DNA of 64,000 nt from an uncultured delta proteobacterium (GTDB lineage: Bacteria; Desulfobacterota; Zymogenia; Zymogenales; Zymogenaceae). Below are positions 20,432-31,755 of this stretch, piece by piece (within the stretch, counting starts at the first letter, position 1; each line of letters begins with the position of its first letter). Where the stretch lies: assembly GCA_963735595.1 (NCBI GenBank), contig CAVTLK010000002.1, forward strand, positions 224,001-288,000. Reading direction: 5' to 3'. Under the pieces are notes generated by a model that had not been told where the DNA came from, did no database searches, and worked only from the letters and a program-made list of their open reading frames with translations. A program made the translations under genes and the position numbers.

Positions 20432-20633
20432 TACTGCTAACCTACTAAATACACTATTGTACTATTATAATAGAATACTTTTAAGAGTCAATGGTCGGGA
20501 AGTAGCTTCAGCTTTGCGGGGTTATTGGCTATTGAGGGAGTGGACAGCAAGAGAGTGGCGGAGGGTACAAGAAAGAATACCGAAATCCGCAGCCTAAACT
20601 CAGATTCCAATCGAAGCACCACCTGCGTATCCG

Positions 20634-20846
20634 GTAACACATCATAACAAAAGGGTTACGAAATATCGTAACCCCTTTATATCAGTGGTGCCGCAGCCCG
20701 GGATTGAACCGGGGACACTCGGATTTTCAGTAGCCTCGTCTTGACGATACTGTACTGACATCATTGTATTTTCAATTCCCTACGATGCCCTCGAGTGCCC
20801 CGGAATGCCCTCCAATACCCGGCTTTTGTAACACTTTTTGTAACAG
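20634..20846. repeat. att-like site B: hairpin, exact 46-bp tRNA-Phe 3' fragment, conserved arm
   Basis: Hairpin 20649-20678; 20686-20731 identical to 33827-33872; five 10-bp phased repeats 20771-20820; TGTAACA at 20827 and 20839. Confidence 0.93.
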
Positions 20847-20925
20847 TATCAAACGGATAGGCATATCGAGTATCCTTATAGGAAGACCTTGGTTTGTCCT
20901 TCAATAATCCATCACCTGCCAAGTC

Positions 20926-22512
20926 TTAGAGGGTACGACGAATTCTGTCATCGAGTAGTAGCTTCTTCTCGATCGCCTTACGCACTGTTTTGGCAAGAAC
21001 GTTATAGTCAAAGGGTTTCTCAATATAGTCATAAGCACCGAATTTAACCGCTGCAATCGCCGAGTCCTTATCCGCGTTTCCGGTGATAATGACCACCTGA
21101 GAATTAGGAGACTTGGATTTTACTTCTTTGAGTACCGCTATGCCGTCTTTCTTCGGCATGACGATATCGACAACGATGACATCATGTCTTTTAGTACCGT
21201 ACTCCTCGATAGCCTGCTGACCGTTTTCAGCCAGATCGACGCTCAGAAAGCCGTCGTCCTCCAGATATTCCTTGATCGTCTTTCTTATATTCGGTTCGTC
21301 ATCGGCGATCAGTATCTTCGCGTTGAAAACATCCTCCTTATTGATCTCGGGCAAGGGGCTGGTTTCCAGCAGGTTGTCAATTACCTCATCCTCCGCAAAG
21401 GAAATCTCTTCTTTCTGGATAGAGTACCTTCGCCCTTTCAGTAGGTTCCAGATATAGTACGCAAGCTCCTCTATAAAGAAATCTTCGCCGTGCTCCGAAT
21501 GGCTTTTCTGTTTGACGACCTTCTCCGGTTTTTTCAGGAAGTACGATGCCCCCATAAAGAGGGATTTCAGTTTTGTTTTGGGATCCGCGACTGACGTCAC
21601 GACTATAACGGGCACGTAGGGATAGTTATCTCTCAAATACGCCATGAGATCGTTTCCGCCGTATTTTTCTCCTTCGTCGGAGAGCCCCTTGATTTCAAGT
21701 TCCGTGACAAGCACGGCCGGAATTCTCTGGGTTTCGTATTCAATAATTCTGCCGAGAGCTTCTTCAGCCGTACTAAAACGTACCGTTTCAAAACCGAATT
21801 CCGTAAGACCGTCGGCGACGGCCCTTCCCGTTTCGGGGTTATTATCCACGACCACCACGACTTCGTTCGGCCTAAAGGCTCCGATCCTCTTCGCAACGCT
21901 CTCAATGGTCATCTTGATTCTTTCGCTGGTGATATCGTTTTCGTTGGTGGCTATTCTCCTAACGGAGGCAAACAGGTTGCTATGGGGCATGCCCACCGCC
22001 GCTTGTACTTCGCGTCGCCTTGTTGGGCCCCCTTCTTGGCTTCCTTCTACTTTCTCAATATCTATCAATATCTCCTCGGGGACGTTTGAATAGGAGTCCT
22101 CGTAAAACCGATATAGACCGCTCCAGAGAAACATGCTTCTTAGAACTAATTTGGAGTTATCGTTTACTATACGGCAGAAAGACTCCCGGGACAGAAAGCC
22201 TTTTCCTACTAAGTGGGATTCCAGGATATTATTCGGTTCGACCTTCTGTACCTCTAATAGCTCATTGATCTGGGTTTCGCCGACAAGTCCCTGCCGGGTG
22301 AGGTTTTCTCTAAGAGTGGCATACATTCCTGGGGAAAAAACCATGGCAATGTAACCCTCGTAGAGCGCGATGAATCCGTCCCCGTCCCGGGAACTGATGT
22401 TAAGCTCTCCCGTGAGCCCGTTTGTTTTTATCGTCTTCAGGATAAGGGATAGCTGTCCGCTCTTAAAGCTCCCGGACGGAATGCGTTTATAGATTCCAAC
22501 AGCCTGGTTCAT
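20926..22512 (-). CDS. DUF4388 (PatA-N-like) plus two receiver domains response regulator
   Basis: N-terminal TGELNI..G.I...EG.I...W.G.Y.F domain; central atypical REC; C-terminal canonical REC (IADDE, VDIVMP, KPF). Confidence 0.8.
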   Translation of the reverse strand: MNQAVGIYKRIPSGSFKSGQLSLILKTIKTNGLTGELNISSRDGDGFIALYEGYIAMVFSPGMYATLRENLTRQGLVGETQINELLEVQKVEPNNILESHLVGKGFLSRESFCRIVNDNSKLVLRSMFLWSGLYRFYEDSYSNVPEEILIDIEKVEGSQEGGPTRRREVQAAVGMPHSNLFASVRRIATNENDITSERIKMTIESVAKRIGAFRPNEVVVVVDNNPETGRAVADGLTEFGFETVRFSTAEEALGRIIEYETQRIPAVLVTELEIKGLSDEGEKYGGNDLMAYLRDNYPYVPVIVVTSVADPKTKLKSLFMGASYFLKKPEKVVKQKSHSEHGEDFFIEELAYYIWNLLKGRRYSIQKEEISFAEDEVIDNLLETSPLPEINKEDVFNAKILIADDEPNIRKTIKEYLEDDGFLSVDLAENGQQAIEEYGTKRHDVIVVDIVMPKKDGIAVLKEVKSKSPNSQVVIITGNADKDSAIAAVKFGAYDYIEKPFDYNVLAKTVRKAIEKKLLLDDRIRRTL

Positions 22513-22574
22513 CTCTTATGCACCTCAAAGATTGTGCGCCGCAGTGACACCCGGAGTCCCCTTCGGACTTGTTT

Positions 22575-25475
22575 TCAATCGTTAGATAGGACTTCACTCA
22601 ATACTACTAGTATATCTTGAATTTCAAAGGGCTTTTCGATATATCTGTTGCCCGTGATATTCAAGAACTGCTGCGTTTCCTGGCCGAGGACGTCGCCGGT
22701 AATGAATATAATTCTTTTTGCAAGATCGGGATTCTGATTGACCAGGTAAGCGTATAATTCCTTGCCCCCCATCGTCGGCATCTTTATGTCGGAAATAACA
22801 GCGTCGAACTTCCCTTTTTTCAGAATTTCGACGGCCTTCAGGCCATTGTTGGTCGATTCAACAAAGTAACCCTCGCCCGTGAGGGTCTCTGTGATCATCT
22901 CACGCAGGGTGTCTTCGTCGTCGACGATCAGAATTGTCATATTCCCGGCGGGTTTATTTAGCACTTTCCTTTCGTGTGTGACTATAGGTTCCACATGCCT
23001 TACTACGGGTAATTCAATAATGAATTTCGTGTACTCTCCTGCTTTGCTTTCCACTTCTATCATCCCACCATGTTCGGCGACGATGCCGTAAATAATGCTG
23101 AGGCCAAGCCCGGTACCCTTGCCTACTTCCTTGGTGGTAAAGAATGGATCGAAGATCTTTTTTCGGTTTTCCTCGGGGATGCCGTCCCCATTGTCGGTGA
23201 ATTCGATGCGTACTTCTCCGTCCATATAACGGGAGCCGATTGTTACCGTACCGCCTTTTTTATTTATAAGGGCATCATGGGCATTGTTGATGAGGTTGAT
23301 GAACACCTGCTGGAACTGGAAGGGGTCGACGGCCGTCTCGGGGAGGTCGGCTGCAAGATCCAGTTTTATAGCGACGTTATCCACCCGCAACTCATACTCC
23401 CTGAGTTTGCAGGATTCCATGATGATATCGTTAATGTTAAGTATCTTTCGTTCGGGTTTGTGCTCCCGGGCGAACGCCAGCAGGCCGCTAACGATCTTCG
23501 TGCACCGGATGGATTCTTTCTGGATTGTCTCCAGCTTCTCCTTATACTCGCTCGGGATTTCCTTTCGCGTCAGGAGCTGGGCGTTGCCGATAATGGCGGT
23601 CAGGGGGTTGTTCAGCTCGTGGGCGACGCCGGACAATATCCCGCCCAGGCTGGAGAGTTTCTCCATCTGGAGGATGCGCTCTCCCATCCTCTTGGCGTCG
23701 CTAACATCCCTGATGATACCCTGAATACTACTGATGTCCCCATCATCGTCTTTACGGGCCGTTGCCGTGATGAGACAGTCGACAAGCTCGCCGTTTTTCT
23801 TCTTTAAGATCACCTCATAATCCTTCACAAACCCTTCTCTGACTAGCTTCCTCATGAGCGATTCACGGTCACGCGGGTATTTATAGATATCATCTAACTG
23901 TATTTCAAGTAACAAATCCCTGGTATACCCGAGGAGTTCTTCACCGGTACGGTTGATATCGATGAACCTCCCCTCTTTGGTGGACAGGTAAATGACGTCC
24001 TTGGAGGATTCGAAGAGGTTTCGCCACTTTTCTTCCGACTCTCTGATCCTGATCTCCCCCAGCCGTTGGGACAGCGCCATCGCGACGCTGTCTGAAAGCC
24101 TTTCGAATAGCGAGATCAACTCCGGGGTGAAACATCCCTTTCTTTTATCGTTAAACTGAATCAGCCCGAACGTCTCGCTTCCGTAGCGCAGCGGGACGAG
24201 CGCCACCGACTCGTACCCCTCGCCGTTGCACCTGTTCCTTATGCGCGCCTGCCGATCATTTTCAGTAGTGGTTGCTAAAAGCCCGGTCGTGCTATTCGTC
24301 CAGTAACTCCCGTTCTTGGTGAAGAATGGCTTTGAGGGATCGAAACGCCCCCGTATGACGTTGCCGCACATGCACTCCAGTATCGGATTGCCCGCATCAT
24401 CGCGCAGCAATTGCCCCGATTCGTCATACGCGCACAGTCGCCTCTCCAGCTCGACGAATCCCTCATGGAAACCCTTTGTCTCGAAGTAGGGGAAATCCTC
24501 CCCGTCCTGAAGCCTGATGCCCACCGCCTCAACCCCGAACGACTCATGGAGAGCCGCTATTAGAGATTTTATGAGTTCGGTGATGTCGTACGTAGTATTA
24601 ATGGAGCGCAGGACCTTTAACGTTGTCTCGCGTTCATGTTCTAACTCCTTCTGCTCGGTGATGTCCTGGAAGGTCCCCGTGAGCTTTACCACCTTGCCGT
24701 TAGTCGTCACCGCCCGGCCGATCGCGCGGGTCCAGAGATGCCGCCCTTTCGCGCTGGTGAACGGGAGCTCAAGATCGTACGAGTCTCCCTTCTCGATGCC
24801 ACGGCGCATTGCCTCCTCAAGAACGGCCCGGCCAGGCTCATCAAAAAAAAGAGCCGCTTTCGACAGACGGATACTTTCTCCTTCGTCAACCTCGTGAATC
24901 CTGTAGGTCTCTCTCGTCCAGTGGACCTCCTTTGTGTCGGCTAAGAGCTCCCAGCCACCCACATGCGCCATGGTGCCGACCTCATTGAGCAGGGTTTCGC
25001 TTTCCAGCAACGCTGCCTCCGCCTTCTTCCTCTCCATAAGCTCCCGGCGAACTTCCTCAAGGAGCCGCCGGTTTTCCAACACCAGGCGTTGCTTTTCGAG
25101 AACGTCGGCGACCTTTCCCAGGACCTCATCCATGTTCAGCGGCTTGGTGATGTAGCCCGCCGCCCCCTCGTTGAGGGCGCGCACCGACGTGTCAAGGGAG
25201 GCGAATCCGGTGGCCATTATGACCGCAATATCGGGATTGATCTCCTTTAAAGGCTTGATCAGCTCGATCCCTAATATATCGGGAAGCCTGATATCTAAGA
25301 GGGCTAAGTTGAAGAACTTCCCCGTCACCGCGGCAAGCGCCTCCTTTCCCGTCCCGGCCGTGTGCGTCTCATAGCCCTTCTTCTTGAAAATCAAAGAAAG
25401 GCTCTTTCGGGTGCTCTCATCGTCATCGACGATCAGGATGTGTGCTTTCTCTTCCATCTTCGTGCCTGTTTTCAT
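22575..25475 (-). CDS. Hybrid histidine kinase (REC-PAS-GAF-PAS-HisKA-HATPase-REC)
   Basis: Receivers at both ends, VGGWE PAS, Cys-rich GAF ([18 protein letters not shown]), [16 protein letters not shown]. Confidence 0.93.
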   Translation of the reverse strand: MKTGTKMEEKAHILIVDDDESTRKSLSLIFKKKGYETHTAGTGKEALAAVTGKFFNLALLDIRLPDILGIELIKPLKEINPDIAVIMATGFASLDTSVRALNEGAAGYITKPLNMDEVLGKVADVLEKQRLVLENRRLLEEVRRELMERKKAEAALLESETLLNEVGTMAHVGGWELLADTKEVHWTRETYRIHEVDEGESIRLSKAALFFDEPGRAVLEEAMRRGIEKGDSYDLELPFTSAKGRHLWTRAIGRAVTTNGKVVKLTGTFQDITEQKELEHERETTLKVLRSINTTYDITELIKSLIAALHESFGVEAVGIRLQDGEDFPYFETKGFHEGFVELERRLCAYDESGQLLRDDAGNPILECMCGNVIRGRFDPSKPFFTKNGSYWTNSTTGLLATTTENDRQARIRNRCNGEGYESVALVPLRYGSETFGLIQFNDKRKGCFTPELISLFERLSDSVAMALSQRLGEIRIRESEEKWRNLFESSKDVIYLSTKEGRFIDINRTGEELLGYTRDLLLEIQLDDIYKYPRDRESLMRKLVREGFVKDYEVILKKKNGELVDCLITATARKDDDGDISSIQGIIRDVSDAKRMGERILQMEKLSSLGGILSGVAHELNNPLTAIIGNAQLLTRKEIPSEYKEKLETIQKESIRCTKIVSGLLAFAREHKPERKILNINDIIMESCKLREYELRVDNVAIKLDLAADLPETAVDPFQFQQVFINLINNAHDALINKKGGTVTIGSRYMDGEVRIEFTDNGDGIPEENRKKIFDPFFTTKEVGKGTGLGLSIIYGIVAEHGGMIEVESKAGEYTKFIIELPVVRHVEPIVTHERKVLNKPAGNMTILIVDDEDTLREMITETLTGEGYFVESTNNGLKAVEILKKGKFDAVISDIKMPTMGGKELYAYLVNQNPDLAKRIIFITGDVLGQETQQFLNITGNRYIEKPFEIQDILVVLSEVLSND

Positions 25476-26224
25476 CGTTTGCGGTATTTCTTACGCACTA
25501 TTTCATCCACCATTCTGAGGAGGACCTCGATGTCAAAGGGCTTGTAGATGCAGGTGTAGGCGTCGCTTTTTATGGCATCATTAACCAGTGTCTCCGTCTC
25601 CTGCCGATACGCGGTAGTCATGACGGCCACCGTTTCCGGACTGACCTTCTTGAGGGAAAGATAGGTTTCCAGGCCGTTTATCGTCGGCAGTTTCATGTCG
25701 ATGAAGATGATCCGGTATTTCTTCTTTTTTGCCATCCGGATCGCCTCTTCGCCCGTATGGGCGATGCCGGTCTCGTATCCTTTTCGCGTGAGGATATTTT
25801 TCAGGGTAACGCACGTGCTCTCGTCGTCATCCACCACAAGGATAAAGCCCCCGTCTTTGCTTTTCATCGCGTCGTCGATGAGGGCGGTCACCGTTTCGAT
25901 ATCTATGGGCTTGTACAGTACTCCGCCCACCCCTTCTCTCAGGGCTTCCTGGATCAGCTCATCGACCGCATACGCGGTCATCATCATGACGACGGCCTCG
26001 GGACGTATCTTCTTAATCTCTTTATATGCCTCAACCCCGTTCATGACAGGCATTTTGATGTCCATGAAGATGACGTCAAACGGCCTCTCCTTGACCCTCT
26101 CGATAGCCTCAGACCCGTCCTTGGCGGTGGCGACCTCGTACCCCTTGCGCTTGAGGATAAGAGAGATCGTCCGGGTCTGGCTTTCGTCGTCGTCCACGAT
26201 TAAAATAGCAGGATTCTTTTCCAT
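25472..26224 (-). CDS. Tandem two-receiver response regulator
   Basis: Two REC domains (IVDDD..MDIKMP; VVDDD..IDMKLP), no output domain. Confidence 0.92.
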   Translation of the reverse strand: MEKNPAILIVDDDESQTRTISLILKRKGYEVATAKDGSEAIERVKERPFDVIFMDIKMPVMNGVEAYKEIKKIRPEAVVMMMTAYAVDELIQEALREGVGGVLYKPIDIETVTALIDDAMKSKDGGFILVVDDDESTCVTLKNILTRKGYETGIAHTGEEAIRMAKKKKYRIIFIDMKLPTINGLETYLSLKKVSPETVAVMTTAYRQETETLVNDAIKSDAYTCIYKPFDIEVLLRMVDEIVRKKYRKR

Positions 26225-26225
26225 G

Positions 26226-28109
26226 TTACCTTCTCTCCCCGATGCCGACGGGCAGCCGGACCGTAAACGTGCTGCCCTTGCCGACCCTGCTCTTTACCTT
26301 GATCGTCCCCCCGTGGCCCTCGATCAGGGTCTTGGTGAGCGCGAGACCCAGGCCCACGCCCTTGGCCTTTGTGGTAAAGAGCGGCTCAAAGACCTTCTTG
26401 ATATTTTCCTCGGAGATGCCGGCGCCCGTATCCGTAACGGAGACGGCGACATGCCCGGCGTCTGAGGTTTCGGTCTTTATCGTCAATTTCCCCCCCTCGT
26501 GCATGGCCTGAGCCGCGTTTCTAATGATATTCCCGAACACCTGCCCAAGCTGATCAGGATCGGCAAGGACGGTCGGTAGCGATCCCCACTCGCTGGATAC
26601 GGCGACGTTTTCAGGCATGGTTATGCGGGACAACGACTCTTTGACCACCTCGTTGATATCGGTCTTTCGCATAACGGGCAGTTTTGGGCGGGCAAAGCTG
26701 AGAATACTGTTAATGATTCCCTCGGAAATCTCCACCTCTTTGCCGATGATCTCTATGGATTCGCTAACCTCGGGGTCCGGTTTCTCTACCGCCATCTTGA
26801 GGAAGTAGGCGGCGTTCTTGATGGCCCCCAGCGGATTTCTCAGCTCATGAGCCACTCCGCCGGCCAACTGGCCCAGAAGCGCCAGTTTCTCACCGCGGAT
26901 GAGTTGATCCTGGGCGTCTTTGAGTTTTTGGATCATCTTCTCAAAGGCAACGGCGAAACTGCCAAGCTCGTCCTTCCTCTTGAGTAGTTCGGGATCGACC
27001 TTCACGTCGAGTTTCCTTGAGGCGACCTCACATGTCATCACCGTCAGTCTATTGATTGGCTTAATAATCGACAACGATAAGGATATGACGATGAGTATAC
27101 CGGTAATAACAAACACGAGTGAAGTTATCCCCATCACCCTGCGCAGTGCTAATATCGGCTTGAGGACTTCTTTCGCGTCGTATGAGACCAGAAGGATCGC
27201 GTTGAGGCCCCGGTAACCGAGATACGGTTGGGAGCGGGCGTAGGAAAAGAGTTTTTTCTTGCCGCCTACTTTGGCTATGAAAAATCCGTCATTTCCTTTG
27301 ATCTCTTTATAGAAGCTCTTTCCCGACATGTCTTCGAGAAAGGAAAAGGCATTCGTCGCGTAGATAAGCTTGCCTTCCTGCGTGATCAGCCTGATTTCCA
27401 TCGTCTCGGAGGTTTTTTTTGAGATCTCCGCCTTGGTAACGACGTCCTTGAGGCTCAGGATGCCGCCGATCACCCCGATGAAGTTACCCTGGTCGTCGTC
27501 TACCCTGACAACGGTGTTGACCCCGTACGTATCCGAGCTCTCGTCGTAAAAGATATCGCTGACGAAAGAGCCTTTGTCCCGCGCGTTCTTCCAGTTATCG
27601 TACGTATCGTTCCGGTAACCGGATGTCCGGCCGGTAACGGCCACGGCCGCTCCGTATTTGTTCGTGACGATGATCTCGCTGAAGACGGTGTACCCGTATT
27701 TCCTGTCGTAAAAATCGATGAACTCGCTCCTCAGTGAGGCCGACAGCCTGTTATCCATGATCCCCCTCACGAAGGGGTCCTCCGAGCCGGGCGGGGCCGA
27801 AACCCATTCCTTGTCCCTTCGGCTTAGGTACTCCTCGATATCGGGGATACTCTGGAATTCCCTGTTCGATGCCTCGAGCGTCTCCTGCAGCAGGTCGTGT
27901 TTCGAATGTATTTGGAGAAGCTCAGTTTTATTATATATGTACTGGTTCATCCGATCGAGCATCTCCTCGGTGACAAGTACCGTGTTACTGCCGATGGATT
28001 GTTCCAACGCCTTCTGGCTCATAACCACCAGGTAGAGCGCCATGGCGACCATTAAAAGCAGCATCAGCAGAAAGCCGATAGAGAGCCTCGTTCCTATCTT
28101 CATGATCAT
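26226..28109 (-). CDS. Membrane sensor histidine kinase (Cache-like periplasmic domain, HAMP)
   Basis: Two TMs, HAMP (RKDELG), AHELRNPL, FTTKAKGVGLGL. Confidence 0.92.
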   Translation of the reverse strand: MIMKIGTRLSIGFLLMLLLMVAMALYLVVMSQKALEQSIGSNTVLVTEEMLDRMNQYIYNKTELLQIHSKHDLLQETLEASNREFQSIPDIEEYLSRRDKEWVSAPPGSEDPFVRGIMDNRLSASLRSEFIDFYDRKYGYTVFSEIIVTNKYGAAVAVTGRTSGYRNDTYDNWKNARDKGSFVSDIFYDESSDTYGVNTVVRVDDDQGNFIGVIGGILSLKDVVTKAEISKKTSETMEIRLITQEGKLIYATNAFSFLEDMSGKSFYKEIKGNDGFFIAKVGGKKKLFSYARSQPYLGYRGLNAILLVSYDAKEVLKPILALRRVMGITSLVFVITGILIVISLSLSIIKPINRLTVMTCEVASRKLDVKVDPELLKRKDELGSFAVAFEKMIQKLKDAQDQLIRGEKLALLGQLAGGVAHELRNPLGAIKNAAYFLKMAVEKPDPEVSESIEIIGKEVEISEGIINSILSFARPKLPVMRKTDINEVVKESLSRITMPENVAVSSEWGSLPTVLADPDQLGQVFGNIIRNAAQAMHEGGKLTIKTETSDAGHVAVSVTDTGAGISEENIKKVFEPLFTTKAKGVGLGLALTKTLIEGHGGTIKVKSRVGKGSTFTVRLPVGIGERR

Positions 28110-28121
28110 CTCCTCCCATCC

Positions 28122-29219
28122 CTATCTCAGGTATTCGATTTTACCGTCGACAATCCGAGCCGGGTACAGGGGATAGTCCATATCATGCCCGCCGGGCTTG
28201 ACCGTGATATCGCCGAATACGCCGGGATACGTAAGTCCGCCGGACAACAGCTTCCTAACGGATTCTCTTGATAGCTCCTTTTCTTCGAGGAGGCCCGGCA
28301 GCAGTTTGATAAAATCATACCCGGTAGCTGCCTGTTGGCTCAGCGGTTTCCCATACCGTGTCTCGTATTTCTTCTTCAGTTCTTGAACTAAAATAAAATC
28401 AGGATGATACAGGATGGATGTGGCGATATTTACACCGTTGGCCTCGGGAGTTGTCTCAGCATACATGGAGAAACCCGAGACCGCGAGAATAGAACCTTTA
28501 TAGCCGCTTTTTTTCAGCTCTTCGATTGCTGTCCTTGCGCTATTGGCGAAAGCGACGACGTAGATCGCCTCCATATCCTTTAGCCGTCCGATCTTATCTC
28601 CAAATATGGGATTTGATGTGTCAAAGGATTCACCCTGCACGATCCCGCCCGTCTTTTCAAACTGAGCTTTCAGCGGATCATAAACGGAGCGGCCGTACTC
28701 GTCATTCTGGTAGAGGATTCCGACTTCTTTAGCCTTTAAATCCTCCAACAAGTACAGGGCGATTTTCGCTTCATCATCGGAGGACGTATAGTATCTGAAT
28801 ACCCAGTCGTTCTGTTTCGACAGTTCGGGATCAGATACCACCACGCCGACCAGGACTACCCCGTGCTCCTTAGCCAGAGGGGCCAGCGCCATGGAAACTG
28901 AGCTGTTTGTAGAGACGTACAAAAGGGGATGGTAGGTTGACTCAATCTTCTCGAAGACCTTTTTTGCCTCTTCCGGGTCGGATTTGCTGTCCTCGACGAT
29001 CAACTCCAACTTCCTCCCGTTTACACCGCCCCATTCGTTGATCTCGTCAACCGCCAGCATCATGCCATCCCTAACCTCTACAAGATGAGAGGACGCACCG
29101 GTGAGCGAGATGATAGCGCCGATCTTGATGGTCTCCTTCTTAAAGGAGCATGTCGCGGCGAAAAGGCAGATTGTCGCCGTAAACAGAAAGATCAGTAACA
29201 GAGAGAGCATTTTTTTCAT
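28122..29219 (-). CDS. Periplasmic binding protein, branched-chain amino acid (type 1) family
   Basis: Signal peptide, IKIGAIISLTG, AVDEIN..GGVNGRKLELIVEDS, GYD. Confidence 0.9.
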   Translation of the reverse strand: MKKMLSLLLIFLFTATICLFAATCSFKKETIKIGAIISLTGASSHLVEVRDGMMLAVDEINEWGGVNGRKLELIVEDSKSDPEEAKKVFEKIESTYHPLLYVSTNSSVSMALAPLAKEHGVVLVGVVVSDPELSKQNDWVFRYYTSSDDEAKIALYLLEDLKAKEVGILYQNDEYGRSVYDPLKAQFEKTGGIVQGESFDTSNPIFGDKIGRLKDMEAIYVVAFANSARTAIEELKKSGYKGSILAVSGFSMYAETTPEANGVNIATSILYHPDFILVQELKKKYETRYGKPLSQQAATGYDFIKLLPGLLEEKELSRESVRKLLSGGLTYPGVFGDITVKPGGHDMDYPLYPARIVDGKIEYLR

Positions 29220-29992
29220 TTACGGTCTCCCGTTTCTTATATGATGCATGGCCCATCGCGGTAGCCTGTCTCTCAATAGGCCGCCTGGTATACGCGTTTT
29301 CGATAGATCGACGCACTGAAGAATACAAATCGTACTTTCGCGTTTACTGCATCAGGTTATTTGTATTAATAAACTCGCGAAGGTAATCTATCAACAAGAA
29401 ATCCATCGATACTCAGCGTTTCTTCTTCTTGCCGGTCAAAAAAAGGAGATTCTGGGCGACTCGTCGGCTGCTTGCTAGGCTTTCTGCATACAAGGCGTCC
29501 GTCTTATTCGCGTGATCTGCGTAGGTTGTGGTGTGAGTTGAATGAAGAGTATTCGAACGGTATCGTGCGGAGGTGGCCGAAGTGACATAGCAAACATTGA
29601 TGATCCAAGTAATAGTAATCACTTATCGTTGAATTATTAAAACTTACTATATATTTTACTATATTGAAATGACTTTGTCAAAATAAATGGTTTAAAGGGC
29701 AGGGCTGAAATTAATAAAGAAGAACATTCCGAATAGAACTGGCTCATTTCTTTGCATAAATGAATTCAATTACCGCCGAAACGCCCAGTATACTCCTCCC
29801 GGATACCTTCGGTGGTGTGCTTGGTATAACGCCCGTTTTTGATTGTCGAATGATACGGGAGCCGTTTAAGCTTCGCAAGGTTATTGGTATCGTTAGGAGA
29901 ATAAGCGGCAAGGGGATGATAAATAGCGGGGCACTAAGAATAGAATTCAGGGCCAAATCCCGACATACATCAAGTTATTTCAAATATATCCT

Positions 29993-30227
29993 ATAACACC
30001 CATAGCTATTCATAAAAGAGGGATTAGGTGCATACCTAATCCCTCACTATGAACGGTGGTGCCGCAGCCCGGGATTGAACCGGGGACACTCGGATTTTCA
30101 GTAGCCTCGTCTTGACGATAATGTACTGACATCATTGTATTTTCAATTCCCTACGATGCCCTACATTGCCCTAGAATGCCCTACAATGCCCCGGTTTCTG
30201 TAACACTTTTTGTAACAGTTTTGTAAA
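29993..30227. repeat. att-like site C: hairpin, exact 46-bp tRNA-Phe 3' fragment, conserved arm
   Basis: Hairpin 30018-30045; 30057-30102 identical to the tRNA 3' half; arm 30103-30218 nearly identical to 20732-20846. Confidence 0.93.
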
Positions 30228-30621
30228 TGACAATCAGAGTATTGATTTAAGTTAGTGTGTCTCGGAAGCAGTACCTGATTTACAGTACCGCCTGCGTGCG
30301 CGGGCTCGTTCTCTGATACTAGTCGACACTATTCAACCCCAGGTTATATCGCCTATGGACCAATAAAATCATACCTATGGGCCGGACATATATGATAATA
30401 AACTGACTTTATTTTCAATTGACCAAGTATACAGTATTCGATACTATACTAATCAGCCAATGAAATAATGAGAGAGGGTTTTTCGCTGTTTTATTAATAT
30501 GATCTAAACGAGAGCTTGATTTGTCTTTCTTATCTTGATTGCTAAAAAAGGCAGTGATCTTTCTTGGTGGTAATGCCTTCGTACAATCAAATAGTGCCAA
30601 CAACAAAATTAGGGGGAGAAA

Positions 30622-30987
30622 ATGAAAAAAACCGCTCTTTCTTTTGTGCTGGTATTAATCGTGCTTGTTTCTTTTATGCTCGGCCGTGCTAACGCGGGTG
30701 ACATTTCACTATATGGTGAAGACCTGTACGATTCCGAGGGTTATAATTATGGCGTGAATTACTATGCCGACAACAACACCGGTTCGGACCTTTACGCCGT
30801 CGTCTATATTACGTCTCAAGAGAACGTAAACGGTGACTGCGTGTACGGTATGATACTACTGGCTCCGTATGAATCGCATGTCCTTGTCGGCTCATTCGCA
30901 ACCGCCGATTATAACTACGGGTGGTCTGTCAATATAAGCGCTAATTACGGCCCCAGCCCGGAACAGGTGGACGCGCCGCCGTACTAA
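30622..30987 (+). CDS. Secreted hypothetical protein (acidic, Tyr/Asn-rich)
   Basis: GGGGAG RBS; signal peptide ending ANA. Confidence 0.7.
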   Translation: MKKTALSFVLVLIVLVSFMLGRANAGDISLYGEDLYDSEGYNYGVNYYADNNTGSDLYAVVYITSQENVNGDCVYGMILLAPYESHVLVGSFATADYNYGWSVNISANYGPSPEQVDAPPY

Positions 30988-31198
30988 CCCGTCCTTAGTG
31001 AAACGTTTTCCGACCGCTCGATTACGATGAATTGAACGGTCTCTTCTCGGGAATGGGTAATACGGGAGATGTGTGCCTTTCGGCTGACCCGAGCAGGCGC
31101 GTTGTTGATTGTAACGGCGCACGGATGCCGGTGGCCTGTTGATAAGGACGACATACTTTTTTGCCTTATTGTGTGCCAACTAACGGTGAGGTGACATC

Positions 31199-31654
31199 AT
31201 GAAAAAGGCGTTTGCGGTTTTCTTTGTTCTCCTTCTCGGGTGCGGCATGGTCGGTAGTGCTGTCGAGTTTTCCACCGTGGCCGAGGGGACCCACGCGGCG
31301 GGGATCACCGGGAAGGTCAACGAGGTCTTTACCGACCAGGCGTCCTTTTACGCCTTCTGGAAGCTGGTTTCGGCCGGCACGACCCCCGAGCCTGCCGCGC
31401 CGGCGATAGACTTCGCGAAAGATATGGTCATCGCGGTCTTCCCGGGCCAGATGAACTCGGGCGGGTACACCGTCGAAATCACCGAAGTAACGAGCGACCG
31501 CAAGAAGCTCATGGTAACGGTCGTTGTGACCAAGCCCACGGGCTTCGCGACGACGGTCATGACCCAGCCCTACCACATCATTAAGGTCAAGAAGACAGAA
31601 CTTCCGGTCGATTATACGTGGGAGGAGCGGACTTCGGATTCAGCTAATGAATGA
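31199..31654 (+). CDS. PrcB C-terminal domain protein (protease complex subunit PrcB family)
   Basis: IDFAKDMVIAVFPGQMNSGGYTVEI...TQPYHIIKV; signal peptide. Confidence 0.85.
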   Translation: MKKAFAVFFVLLLGCGMVGSAVEFSTVAEGTHAAGITGKVNEVFTDQASFYAFWKLVSAGTTPEPAAPAIDFAKDMVIAVFPGQMNSGGYTVEITEVTSDRKKLMVTVVVTKPTGFATTVMTQPYHIIKVKKTELPVDYTWEERTSDSANE

Positions 31655-31755
31655 GGATGCTCGAAAACTTGCTTGATCATGTGTTTCAAATCAGATTTCT
31701 GAGTTGGGAAGGTATGTAAGACGGATTTGCCGCATTATCTCAGAAGGAGGAGGAT

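Noticed and set aside
20556..20566. TGGCGGAGGG resembling another tRNA 3' end
   Set aside because: The match is about 10 nt with no T-arm sequence; likely chance.
20771..20820. 10-bp and 7-bp periodic repeats (also 30141, 33701, 56871) as CRISPR arrays
   Set aside because: Units are too short, have no unique spacers, and there are no cas genes.
29413..29996. Small ORFs in the AT-rich spacer before site C
   Set aside because: No RBS, motif or coding-like bias that I can support.
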